Origin: Kiritimatiellia bacterium
GTDB taxonomy: Bacteria > Verrucomicrobiota > Kiritimatiellia > RFP12 > DVOR01
DNA length: 64,000 nt
Assembly (NCBI GenBank): GCA_017558005.1
Contig: JAFYWN010000023.1
Coordinates: 1,159 to 65,158 of the forward strand
Direction: 5' to 3'
Part shown: positions 48,669 to 57,922 of the stretch, piece by piece
Numbering within the stretch: position 1 is the stretch's first letter
Layout: each line of letters starts with the position of its first letter
The notes under the pieces: model-generated
Databases searched by the model: none
Seen by the model: only the letters and a program-made list of their open reading frames with translations
What the model was told of the DNA's origin: nothing
Translations under genes and position numbers: made by a program

Positions 48669-48743
48669 TGGCTCCGAAGGCAGGATTCGAACCTGCGACC
48701 AAGTGATTAACAGTCACCTGCGCTACCACTGCGCCACTTCGGA
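48669..48743 (-). tRNA. tRNA-Asn(GTT)
   Basis: Cloverleaf, GTT anticodon, TTCGAAT loop, CCA end. Confidence 0.97.
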
Positions 48744-48765
48744 ACAAAGTAAATTGTCTGAAAAT

Positions 48766-48840
48766 TGGCTCCGAAGGCAGGATTCGAACCTGCGACCAAG
48801 TGATTAACAGTCACCTGCGCTACCACTGCGCCACTTCGGA
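48766..48840 (-). tRNA. tRNA-Asn(GTT), identical copy
   Basis: Identical to 48669-48743. Confidence 0.97.
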
Positions 48841-48866
48841 ACGTGGGAACCGTTTTCTAAAAAAAT

Positions 48867-48942
48867 TGGTGGCGGGTGAGGGTCACGATCCCCCGACACG
48901 CGGATTATGATTCCGCTGCTCTACCAACTGAGCTAACCCGCC
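48867..48942 (-). tRNA. tRNA-Met(CAT), elongator-like, atypical T-loop
   Basis: G1-C72 paired acceptor stem, CAT anticodon, CCA; T-loop ATCGTGA. Confidence 0.9.
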
Positions 48943-49113
48943 AAGCAGAAAACGTCGCACATTATAGCAAGGCCCCTTTTCACCCGTCAAGCACTTTTTT
49001 CATCAATTAGCAGATTTTTCCTATCGCTCATTGAAACCCACGCGTATTAACCTTCTTCGCGCGGGTAGAGAAAATGCCACAAGCCTCAGGGGGAGTCCTT
49101 TTTAAAGCGCGCC

Positions 49114-49812
49114 TCAGCGCGCTGCATGAGCCTCTTTTACGCGTTTGTTCCAGCTGATCCAGCCGTAGATGCCATTGCCGAGATACGCGCCCCACATGAG
49201 AACCATCATCGCGCCCTGCGGACTCCCGTGGTACCAACGCAAGCTCCACATCACCACCGAAACAACATCTAAGACCAACCACACCAGCCACTGTTCACGA
49301 TAGCGCAACATCTGTAAAGAGAAGGCAACCACTGAAAAGACGTTTGTGAGAGCATCCAAGTCCGGCGTGTGTTGCCCCGCAATCAAGGCCAATAGCCGAC
49401 CTAAGAGAAACGTCCCCGCCGCACACAAAATGGCACTAAGCAACACCGCCCATCGGCTCATGCGACGAATTTCGAGTTGCCCATTCGCTTGAATATTCCG
49501 ATACCAGAGGCAGTGCCCCACCACATTCACGGGAAGGAAGAAGAGAAGATTGAGCCCCACTTCGCCATAAAGCCCATTAAGCCACGCACTCCAAGCATAG
49601 AGAAGGATATTGATATACCCCACCCAAAAGGAGATGAGCAACCCTTTCGCAATCAATACCACACAGAGAACGCCACTCAAAAAGGCCGCAAAGCCCAATA
49701 AATCATAGCCCGACCAAAACGAAATAAAGATAGCGATCGAAATGAAACATCCCACCCAAATGCGTTCAAAGAGACTCCACAACGAGAGATGTTGCTTCAA
49801 AGCCAGTAGCAT
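49114..49812 (-). CDS. pnuC: PnuC family vitamin/nucleoside transporter
   Basis: GVLCVVLIAKG, LYGEV, LDALT, RYREQW..W..., N..YG...W. Confidence 0.88.
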   Translation of the reverse strand: MLLALKQHLSLWSLFERIWVGCFISIAIFISFWSGYDLLGFAAFLSGVLCVVLIAKGLLISFWVGYINILLYAWSAWLNGLYGEVGLNLLFFLPVNVVGHCLWYRNIQANGQLEIRRMSRWAVLLSAILCAAGTFLLGRLLALIAGQHTPDLDALTNVFSVVAFSLQMLRYREQWLVWLVLDVVSVVMWSLRWYHGSPQGAMMVLMWGAYLGNGIYGWISWNKRVKEAHAAR

Positions 49813-49852
49813 ACGCGCCTCCGATCTTTAATCCACTCAAACGTCTCACGGC

Positions 49853-50227
49853 TTAACGAAAAAGGTGTTTCGCTAAACCCATCCCTGCCCCTGCTGCCAA
49901 GAGTCCCGTGACATTTTGCAACAACACATTCAATGCACATTTGCCATACTGCGCCGCTTCAAGCAACCGCACACTCTCCAAAGCAAAGCTACTAAACGTG
50001 GTAAATGCGCCCAAAAATCCAATAAAGAGCACCGGAAGATAGTCGCACGATTGAAACTTTGCGCGGCAAAGGACAAAACAAAATCCAGCAATCAATGCCC
50101 CCACGACATTGACCATGAGTGTCCCCCACGGGAAGCTTGCCGAAATCGGGCTCAACCATCGTACGCACCCATAGCGCGTCAAGGTGCCAATCGCCCCAGC
50201 CAATGCAATTAAAAGAAGTAATTTCAT
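49853..50227 (-). CDS. crcB: Fluoride efflux channel Fluc
   Basis: GAIGTLTRY, FPWGTL.VN, GFLGAFTTFSSF. Confidence 0.95.
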   Translation of the reverse strand: MKLLLLIALAGAIGTLTRYGCVRWLSPISASFPWGTLMVNVVGALIAGFCFVLCRAKFQSCDYLPVLFIGFLGAFTTFSSFALESVRLLEAAQYGKCALNVLLQNVTGLLAAGAGMGLAKHLFR

Positions 50228-50241
50228 GCCACTCCTAAAAC

Positions 50242-50350
50242 AAAAAAAGACGAGCCAACGCTCGCCTCTCTTCCGTTTTTCCTTTTTATGGTAAACCTAT
50301 ATGGACTGAAGTCCAACTTTGGAGATGGTCGAGCGGGCGGCGAAAGTTAT
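50242..50350 (-). promoter_or_regulatory. Attenuator-like 5' leader of crcB-pnuC
   Basis: TG-C-TACAAT -10 at 50358-50363; terminator GGCGAGC/GCTCGTC + T7 just before the RBS; possible antiterminator. Confidence 0.55.
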
Positions 50351-50382
50351 GGAGGAAATTGTAGCACTTTTGGAGTGTGTAT

Positions 50383-50415
50383 AAAAAAAGCAGCCGAGGT
50401 TTTCGGCCGCTTTTT
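50383..50415. terminator. Intrinsic terminator (bidirectional form)
   Basis: A-run GCAGCCGA/TCGGCCGC T-run. Confidence 0.75.
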
Positions 50416-50424
50416 GTGCGTTGT

Positions 50425-50724
50425 CTATTCTGTGAAACAAGTTGACGCAATGGCTTTGAATTGTTCGGCGTTGCGTTTGGTTTCTCTTAGCATTTCGGCG
50501 GTGACAGCATCTTCGGGCCCAAGCCTTTCAGCCATGTCTGCAAGCTTGTTCGCAGATGCAAGCATTTCCTCTAAAAGGTCGCCGATCGCTTGTTTACGTT
50601 CTTTTGCGCCAGCCTTGAGAGCCTTTGCAAGTTTTTCCGTGACGTAAATCACATCTTTGTTTTTTGTGGTGCGATTGCCCCACCTTGCAGCAGCAGCAAT
50701 TTGTGCGCGCGTCTTTGTATCCAT
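50425..50724 (-). CDS. Small putative DNA-binding protein (AAAARW motif + ribbon-helix-helix-like)
   Basis: AGGAGG RBS; VIYVTEKLAKALK..AKE....IGDLLEEML pattern. Confidence 0.6.
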   Translation of the reverse strand: MDTKTRAQIAAAARWGNRTTKNKDVIYVTEKLAKALKAGAKERKQAIGDLLEEMLASANKLADMAERLGPEDAVTAEMLRETKRNAEQFKAIASTCFTE

Positions 50725-50870
50725 ATCAACCTCCTTGGAAAACTTCTAAAAGCCAATCCTTGAACACATTGGAGCAGTCATGCTTGGACTGAGTTCAAAA
50801 ACTTCCTTCATTTTAGCATTTATGTTTAGTATCTGCACATGTTTTATTCTTTTTTGTTCGAATTAGTTTT

Positions 50871-51674
50871 TCAATCAACATACGAATCTAACGAGGGAAG
50901 GATTGGATGTTCGCCTTTCCAATAGGCCAGCAAATGCGGTTGCTCTTCAAAAAGATGAATGACATCTTTCATAAAAGCAGTGTTGTTTTTGTAACTATCA
51001 TTGTATGCTTCACTGCCATTCCATCGGGCAAGGACAAGACGTTCTAAAAGTTGAACTGCGCCACGTTCATAGGTTTCTCGGTCAAAGAAGAGGTCATATT
51101 CTTCTTCGTATTGGGTTAAACTAAGGCGAATCATTTGTGGTGAATGGTGCACCTTCGTTTCCCAAAAACCGCTACACCCAGGTTCGCCGCATCCACAGGT
51201 CAAATAATCGCCCGAATAGCTCCCACGTAAAGACCCCACGATGCCATAAATCTTCAAACATCCCGCCAATGGCTTCTCTTTTCCTGGTGGCACAATCGAG
51301 AAGATTGTCCGATCAAATGGAGACTCATAAATGATTTGATGCGCATCTTGAATTTGCGCGCGGGCAGGCGTCTTTGGAATCTCTATCGACGGGAATTCCC
51401 TTTGAATCAACCGCCGCATCTTCTTACTAATTATTTCCCATGGTAATTTTGGGGAAAAGCATTGAGAAAAGGCGGTTCGCGTCTTTTCATTTTGGACGCA
51501 ACTCTTCATGAGGCACAACCACGCTTCTGGGGTTAGCCGTTCAAATGGAATCCATTCCGCATGGCACGCATCTACAAGGAGCAGTTCTACACAGTCCAGC
51601 GCTGAGAGTTCTGCTTGATGCGCTTGAATAAAGGCTAACCCTTCGTGTTTTAATTTATCCCATAAATTGTACAT
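50871..51674 (-). CDS. Hypothetical protein with CGCGEPGC motif
   Basis: Long lower-GC ORF with AAGGTG RBS; YLTCGCGEPGCSG. Confidence 0.7.
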   Translation of the reverse strand: MYNLWDKLKHEGLAFIQAHQAELSALDCVELLLVDACHAEWIPFERLTPEAWLCLMKSCVQNEKTRTAFSQCFSPKLPWEIISKKMRRLIQREFPSIEIPKTPARAQIQDAHQIIYESPFDRTIFSIVPPGKEKPLAGCLKIYGIVGSLRGSYSGDYLTCGCGEPGCSGFWETKVHHSPQMIRLSLTQYEEEYDLFFDRETYERGAVQLLERLVLARWNGSEAYNDSYKNNTAFMKDVIHLFEEQPHLLAYWKGEHPILPSLDSYVD

Positions 51675-51689
51675 ATTTACACCTTTTAT

Positions 51690-53333
51690 TTATTCAAATG
51701 ATACTTTTTCCCATCTTTCCATCGTCTGTAAGGCTACAATGCCCTGCGCCAAATAGGTGTGTAACATTTCCAATACGCGCGCTAATGGCACAGATTTTAC
51801 TGTCCTGAATTGCCATTTCACATTGTGTATCTGCCATTCCACCTGCCAAAGACCATCTTCCGTTTGAATCCCTTGGAAAAACTCCGAGTATACTAATGGC
51901 ACAACGATAAAAAAGTCTTCTTCCTGACAGCGTGAGAGATATTCCTCTAATTCCTTTACCGACTCAAACCATCCATTCTCGTAAACGAATGAAAACCGCT
52001 CCTCTGGAAGAGATTGATATCCCGACAATAACGTATAACGAAGCACCTTGCCTGTTGCATCCACCGCCACTAATAACGACGTATAGAGTTCTGATAACTG
52101 ACGCGGCGAAGGGCATGCACACCACAAATGACGTTCGCCTGTACTCGGCGCGTGAGCGACATGTAACACATTCAGTTGATCAGCTAAAGTCTCAAACGAA
52201 TACAACAGATGTTGGCTCACCTCTGGAATCTGTTCTAAAATCGCAATCAACTCCTCGCGCTTCAAAGGTGGTAATGCCTCCAAATCATCAGGCTTATACC
52301 GTAAATAATTTGCGTAAGTCACAAAGGTAGGATAAACCTCTGCCACGCTTGCTTCCAAACCGCCGCCAAAATCCTCCACTTTAGGATAATGTTCAAGGCC
52401 GCGCGGCAAGAGCATCCGATCCACAGATGCCATCTCCTCCACCGCTTCTTCTGTAGGCGTGGGCTCCGTTTCGTCTTCTACCGCTTCTGCAGCTTCCTCT
52501 GCAAGGAATACTTCCTCGGGATAATGAATCGTAGCCCGCGCAAACGTTTTCTCTGGAAGTGAAGGCGAAAACCAACCAAATAATGCCGCCTTACCCGCAA
52601 TCGCATCTCCCACGCGTGGGATGTAATGCTCCTTAATGCAATGTTCAGGCACCAATAATTGCCACGAAAAACCGTCCGGCAGATTTGGTGGCGCACTCCA
52701 CACCATTAACTTCCAACAAAGCTCACCCTCTACACACTCAAAATTCACATCCTCCACGACCGAATAGAACTCCGCCATCGCAGGCGCATCCTCCAAATCA
52801 CACCCCGACAACGCACGCACGTGTGATAAATCAAATCGTTCGGGCAACCCTTTCCCCTGCCGACAGTCTGCACCCGATAAAATACAATGCTCATTGCGAC
52901 ACTCCAAATAGACGCCCAACCCCGTAATCGTCAAATGAGCAAGCCCACCCGCTCGATAATGGTCAAAAAGCGCACGATCCCGCCACGCATTTGCTACCAC
53001 AAAAGGTAGACCACACTCACACTCAGAATCAAACAGCACCTCTGAATGCCAAATCGGCTCGTCATTCGCTATACGATAAAAAGGCGACACGCAAAAAATA
53101 TCCCTCGGCTTTAAATTTCGCCACGGGCGCACCAACACCTCAAAGCGACGAATCCCAAGCCCCTCCTCCGTATGTACAGTCTCATAGAGTAATTCCACCG
53201 ACTCCGACAACGATGCCGTCAAAAAAGGAGACGCATCCTCCTCTAAAGCCTCCACCAATTCAGCCTCACCCACGCGAGCCATAGCCACATCCAACAACAT
53301 CTGTATCTCAGGAAAGAAATCCATCTCGTACAT
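51690..53333 (-). CDS. Acidic hypothetical protein
   Basis: 547-aa ORF in tandem with the downstream gene; no recognisable family. Confidence 0.7.
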   Translation of the reverse strand: MYEMDFFPEIQMLLDVAMARVGEAELVEALEEDASPFLTASLSESVELLYETVHTEEGLGIRRFEVLVRPWRNLKPRDIFCVSPFYRIANDEPIWHSEVLFDSECECGLPFVVANAWRDRALFDHYRAGGLAHLTITGLGVYLECRNEHCILSGADCRQGKGLPERFDLSHVRALSGCDLEDAPAMAEFYSVVEDVNFECVEGELCWKLMVWSAPPNLPDGFSWQLLVPEHCIKEHYIPRVGDAIAGKAALFGWFSPSLPEKTFARATIHYPEEVFLAEEAAEAVEDETEPTPTEEAVEEMASVDRMLLPRGLEHYPKVEDFGGGLEASVAEVYPTFVTYANYLRYKPDDLEALPPLKREELIAILEQIPEVSQHLLYSFETLADQLNVLHVAHAPSTGERHLWCACPSPRQLSELYTSLLVAVDATGKVLRYTLLSGYQSLPEERFSFVYENGWFESVKELEEYLSRCQEEDFFIVVPLVYSEFFQGIQTEDGLWQVEWQIHNVKWQFRTVKSVPLARVLEMLHTYLAQGIVALQTMERWEKVSFE

Positions 53334-53552
53334 AATCAACACCTAAAATAAAAACGTTTAAGCAAACGTTTAATCACTCACAGAAAACTTAGCACACCTA
53401 TATCAGAGAAATAAATGCCCCAAAATGCGGCTAAGCCGAATAAAAACAAAAAACACACCGCAACGCAGTGTGATCTTCAAGAATCTTAATAAAAATTCAT
53501 TAACTTTTGGGGTTTGGAGGCGATAAGTCATCGCCTGCATTAATCCTTTTTA

Positions 53553-53628
53553 TGGTGGAGGTAAGGGGAGTCGAACCCCTGACCTTTTGAATGCCATTCA
53601 AACGCTCTACCAACTGAGCTATACCCCC
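53553..53628 (-). tRNA. tRNA-Ala(GGC)
   Basis: Cloverleaf, GGC anticodon, G3-U70, CCA. Confidence 0.97.
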
Positions 53629-53756
53629 GAAAAGGAATGGCAGTAAGATATCATAATCCCTCACACCAATGCAAGCATTATTTTCAAAATTCTTTATTTT
53701 CTAAAAAGATGTTGATTAAAAAAGTAAGTGAACTGGCGAGACGGAAGAAGACATAA

Positions 53757-53842
53757 AGAACGAAGCCCTTGTTTTACCTCCAGACATAACGGCATCTAAG
53801 GCCGAGATTGCACTTGGAGTTTTCAAGGGCTCCAAACTAATG
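53757..53842 (-). ncRNA. Candidate structured small RNA
   Basis: TTGACG-17-TATCTT promoter; closing stem GGAGCCCTTG/CAAGGGCTTC with inner CTCCA/TGGAG and CGGC/GCCG stems. Confidence 0.4.
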
Positions 53843-54136
53843 CGTAAGATACTACAATGAGTTTACGCCGTCAATCTTAAAAGAGTTTCCAAGATTCTAA
53901 CAATCGTCCACCCCTTCCAAAGTGAGCGTTTGGTGAAAATTTGGAGCGTGAGGAGAAGTGTCATCATTAATTTAAGCTTTTGAGAACGGATACGCCACTG
54001 TTACCTACACCCCCACCAACCAAGTGAGGCATTGCCAACCACTTGGGCGATTTGGGAAACTAAGGGCTGGGGCAAAAAGCAAACACAGGGTGTCTATTTT
54101 CTACACCTTGCGAGCAGAAAAGAGGCAAATTTGGGC

Positions 54137-54775
54137 TTAAAAGCCGGCTGCGCGGTTTAAGTCTTCAATCACGTAGGGGAAGTCCGCATAGTAGGCGCTT
54201 TCCTTACTACAATGCTCCCACGTGAGAGGGATTAGTTTAGTAACGAATTGTCCACCCTTTATTAATTCAAAATAAACAACGTGTTCGTCGTTGTTAATCT
54301 TATTAACGGAGACGATTGTTTTTAGTTTTTCAAACGGAATGACTGGGATTCCAATGATTAAGCCTTCCATCTCTTCAAATGAAAGGACACTGAAGGAGTC
54401 AATCTTAAACTCAAAAAGTGTTTCATGAACTCCCCTTGCAAAGGTGGGGACAAAGTGCCAACTATTTCGATTTTCAATTGCCTCAAGGGTGCCAGGTTCT
54501 ACAGTCTCCACGAGGCGTCCATCCTTTTTGTGTAAGAAGGAGGCAGAATAGTAATCGTCTTCAGGAAATAACAGATCCACCGATGACCGGCACCACACGG
54601 TAAACGACACGACGGCGTGATTTTTGAGTTGTTTAAGCGTGGGGGGCCCCACAAGCAGAAGTTCCATCTCTACAGGCGCAGAGGGCTCGTCACTTGCGAT
54701 GATTGGACCGTGCGAAACACAACCCGCCCCAAAGCAGACCCATAAACAGCACCATGCCAACATCCGAATCTTCAT
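54137..54775 (-). CDS. Hypothetical lipoprotein
   Basis: Signal peptide ending GAGC; GAGGG RBS; lower GC. Confidence 0.65.
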   Translation of the reverse strand: MKIRMLAWCCLWVCFGAGCVSHGPIIASDEPSAPVEMELLLVGPPTLKQLKNHAVVSFTVWCRSSVDLLFPEDDYYSASFLHKKDGRLVETVEPGTLEAIENRNSWHFVPTFARGVHETLFEFKIDSFSVLSFEEMEGLIIGIPVIPFEKLKTIVSVNKINNDEHVVYFELIKGGQFVTKLIPLTWEHCSKESAYYADFPYVIEDLNRAAGF

Positions 54776-54927
54776 AGATCCCTCATCAGTTCAAACACCC
54801 TTATCGAGGCAGATGAGCCGCACATAACGCCTCACCCGCTACCTCAATTATAGCAAAAAAAGATAGCGCAACCATTTCTCACCTTGCATGACGCGCACCT
54901 CTCCTCCTCTGCGTCTGCAATTTAACA

Positions 54928-54958
54928 CAAAAAAGGCGCGCCCAAAGGGACGCGCCTC
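54928..54958 (-). terminator. Terminator of V-ATPase operon
   Basis: AGGCGCG/CGCGCCT hairpin followed by T-run on minus strand. Confidence 0.7.
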
Positions 54959-54983
54959 TCTGTTTGAAAACAATTCGAACCGA

Positions 54984-55442
54984 TTAAGCAGCAGCCTTGA
55001 GTGCGCCCACGGCAATCAAGGTGAAGACCATGACGAAGATTGCCGTGGTTTCAACAATGCCGAGTGCGGCGAGGTTGTTGGTGAAGCCCTGGCCGGTTTC
55101 GCCCTGAGCATCAGCGGCGCAACCACCTGCACGGCCCTGGAAGATAGCGGACATGCCGATACCAAGACCAGCGAAGATGCCGAGGATGAGCATGCCAACG
55201 CCACCACCAGGGATCACCTTCGTGGCGTTCATGACGAACATCAAAATCATCCCGTAGAGCGTCTGGGTGATCGGTGCACCGACATAGGCGAGCAACAAGA
55301 ACGGCGCGGGGCGGTTCTGTGCGTAGCATTTCTTCCATGCGCCAACTGCGCCAGCGGCGGCGAAGCCCGTGCCAATAGCAGAACCAAGGCCGGAGAGGGC
55401 GAGACAGGCAACGGCGCCTGCGACGGTAAGTGCGGTATCCAT
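54984..55442 (-). CDS. atpK: V-type ATP synthase subunit K
   Basis: PITQTLYG, FQG, GIVET..IF. Confidence 0.93.
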   Translation of the reverse strand: MDTALTVAGAVACLALSGLGSAIGTGFAAAGAVGAWKKCYAQNRPAPFLLLAYVGAPITQTLYGMILMFVMNATKVIPGGGVGMLILGIFAGLGIGMSAIFQGRAGGCAADAQGETGQGFTNNLAALGIVETTAIFVMVFTLIAVGALKAAA

Positions 55443-55457
55443 AGTGTAATGTTTCCT

Positions 55458-57281
55458 TTACTGTTGAGGTTGTTTAAAAGGGTTGTAAGCTTGTCCAGAC
55501 CAAGTAATACCTTTCGCATTGGAGAATTCCAAGGTATTCAAACGCACGGCATGAACAAGGATGGAGAGTGCGCCCATTGCGAGGTTCAAGCCATGCCCCA
55601 CAAGGAGGATGGCGCAGACTGCGACAATGCGAAGCGCCAGAGGTAAATCAAGCGAGAGGGCCATCTCATTGAAGTTTTCAGCGACCTTAACGGAGGCAAG
55701 TCCCACGGCGAAGAGACGGACATAACTGATGATGTCGCCCATCGCACTGATGATATTGAGCGGGAGCATACCAATGCTGATACCTTCATTCTTGATGTCG
55801 GCCACCAATGGGATGAGGATGACCACAGTACTGCCGCCAAGCAACCACCACGCCCAGGCAGGCTGGTTGAACCAGTTGACCACAATACCACAGACAATCA
55901 TGAACATACTCCAGGTAATGCCAAGCCAACCGATTTCACCGAGCATTTTAATGTTCGGCGCGAGCAGGATGGCATTCCAAATGCGTGCCAAGGAGATATG
56001 GCAAGCACCAATCAGGAAGCACAAGAACATGATATTGCTATCCACTCCCAACCACGCGACGGTCGGAATCGCGCTCAAGCACGTCGGCAATGCGTCCTTA
56101 GCAATGCCAAAATACGTTCCAGAGAGCACGCCCCAAACGATGGTGGAGAGGCAGAAGACGGTGAGAATCAAGAGCAACGGACGTGCCGCTTCATTCTTTC
56201 TCAGCTTCCATCCCGCCGCAAGCACGCCTGCAAGCATCACGGCGCCGTAACCAGCGTCGCCCACGAGCATGGCGAAGAAGAGGGAGAAGAAGAGATAGAA
56301 CGGCACAGAGCAGTCACCTTCGGAGTAACCCGGCAGAATGCCAAGCCCCTTGAAGAGGGTGGTAATCGCACGAAATCCACGCGGAGGCTCGAGCAACACG
56401 GGTACATTCGCGTCATTGGGATCCACGTCATTAAAGACGACGCCCCACCCTTCCGCGTCCGCTTTCGCGAGCACTTCTAAGACATTGCGATCGGGCAAAT
56501 AGCCTTGGAGCCATGCCAGTTCACCAGCGTCACGCAGATTGGCCGCGACTTCTGTGGCGGTTTTGTCATCCTGACAAGCGCGCAGAGCCGCCGTCAGCGG
56601 CTTACGCAAGTCTGCTGCCGCATCTGCCAACGCACGCACCAATTGATTTGCCTGCGCTTCAGCGGCGGCAATTCGACGGCGCATTTCTGCGGTGGAGAGT
56701 TCTGGCACGGGGATGGTTTCAAAGTCTTCAGGCAAACCTTCAGCGCGCATCCAAACGCCGTAAATGAAGCCTGCATCCACCGTGAAGGTGAAGACGCCCT
56801 CAGTGGGCAATTCCGCAGCGATAGGCGCCTTGAACAAGGTGGCAGTGATGCCAGCGCCTGCAAGTGCGGTAATCGTCTCGGGATTGACCTCGCCAAAGAC
56901 CTCATAACGACGCAAGAGAAGCGCATTCGCCATCGCCTCATCACGCAACCGCGTCACGATCTCAGCAGTCGTATTGACACTTGCCGTATCCTTGGGGGCG
57001 GGCATCTGCGCCGCGGCGGCTTCCAATTCAACGAAGGAATAGGTCGAGACCTTGGAATTTGCATCCGGACGGAAGGCAAAGGCGCCATTCTTTTCTGCGA
57101 CATCCAGCACGCGGAGCGCCTGTTCTGCGGCGGTGACCGCAGCGGCAGAACGGCGAATTGCCTCGCCATCGCGCACCTCGAGCTTTACATGAACGCAGCC
57201 CAGTTCACGCAGAACCGCCAGCGCCTTTTCACGTGCCGCGGTAGTGCAGACCAAGGTCAGTTGTTTCATCGGAACAATCAT
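55458..57281 (-). CDS. atpI: V-type ATP synthase subunit I
   Basis: MIVPMK, FFAMLVGDAGYG, DIISYVRLFAVG, VHAVRLN.LEF. Confidence 0.93.
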   Translation of the reverse strand: MIVPMKQLTLVCTTAAREKALAVLRELGCVHVKLEVRDGEAIRRSAAAVTAAEQALRVLDVAEKNGAFAFRPDANSKVSTYSFVELEAAAAQMPAPKDTASVNTTAEIVTRLRDEAMANALLLRRYEVFGEVNPETITALAGAGITATLFKAPIAAELPTEGVFTFTVDAGFIYGVWMRAEGLPEDFETIPVPELSTAEMRRRIAAAEAQANQLVRALADAAADLRKPLTAALRACQDDKTATEVAANLRDAGELAWLQGYLPDRNVLEVLAKADAEGWGVVFNDVDPNDANVPVLLEPPRGFRAITTLFKGLGILPGYSEGDCSVPFYLFFSLFFAMLVGDAGYGAVMLAGVLAAGWKLRKNEAARPLLLILTVFCLSTIVWGVLSGTYFGIAKDALPTCLSAIPTVAWLGVDSNIMFLCFLIGACHISLARIWNAILLAPNIKMLGEIGWLGITWSMFMIVCGIVVNWFNQPAWAWWLLGGSTVVILIPLVADIKNEGISIGMLPLNIISAMGDIISYVRLFAVGLASVKVAENFNEMALSLDLPLALRIVAVCAILLVGHGLNLAMGALSILVHAVRLNTLEFSNAKGITWSGQAYNPFKQPQQ

Positions 57282-57892
57282 TCGTCCGCCTCCTCTTTCT
57301 TGACGGGCGTACGACCCTTGGCAATCTTACCGCGAACCACTGCGGCGGTCTGTTCATCGCCGATAAAGATGCGAATCACGCGGATGTTTTCCTTACACTC
57401 CGGGATTTTCACCTTTTCGAAGAGATTGACGCGCTGTCCTGTCGTGTGCAGTTCTTCGCGAATCAATTCGCGCTGACGCGAGAGCACATCGCCCTCAGCA
57501 CGCAGCGCCATCAATTCAGCGAGCATATCCTGTGCATCATCGGTCCAAGCCGGCGTACGATAGGGATCCAAGGGCACCGGTTCGGCATTGATCCCTTCAT
57601 ACACAGGAATGGCGACACCGGCAATATTGCCCTGTGCCGTGCGCACTCCATTGAAGGTAACCAATGCATCGGGTTGAACAGCGGTGTCGGAATAGAGAGC
57701 CACCCATGCTTCAAGACGTTTCCGGGCAGCAGCTTCGCGTTTCTGCACCTCTGCAAGCTTTGCAGAGATCCCAGCAATTTCCGCTTGTAGCTGCTGTTTC
57801 TTTAACTGAAGCATCGGCAGAAAGCGCTGAAACCGCTTTAATGCATCGGTTTGCGCCTTTAGTTCTGTCTTTGTATGCTTGATTTTAGCCAT
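57278..57892 (-). CDS. atpD: V-type ATP synthase subunit D
   Basis: LPMLQLKKQQL, QRVNLFEKVKIP. Confidence 0.93.
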   Translation of the reverse strand: MAKIKHTKTELKAQTDALKRFQRFLPMLQLKKQQLQAEIAGISAKLAEVQKREAAARKRLEAWVALYSDTAVQPDALVTFNGVRTAQGNIAGVAIPVYEGINAEPVPLDPYRTPAWTDDAQDMLAELMALRAEGDVLSRQRELIREELHTTGQRVNLFEKVKIPECKENIRVIRIFIGDEQTAAVVRGKIAKGRTPVKKEEADE

Positions 57893-57922
57893 TGCGACCT
57901 CGCATCAGCTGTGCGGCTTCAC

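Noticed and set aside
50321-50340. Fluoride riboswitch start GGAGATGG near crcB
   Set aside because: On the wrong strand for crcB, and the remaining consensus is missing
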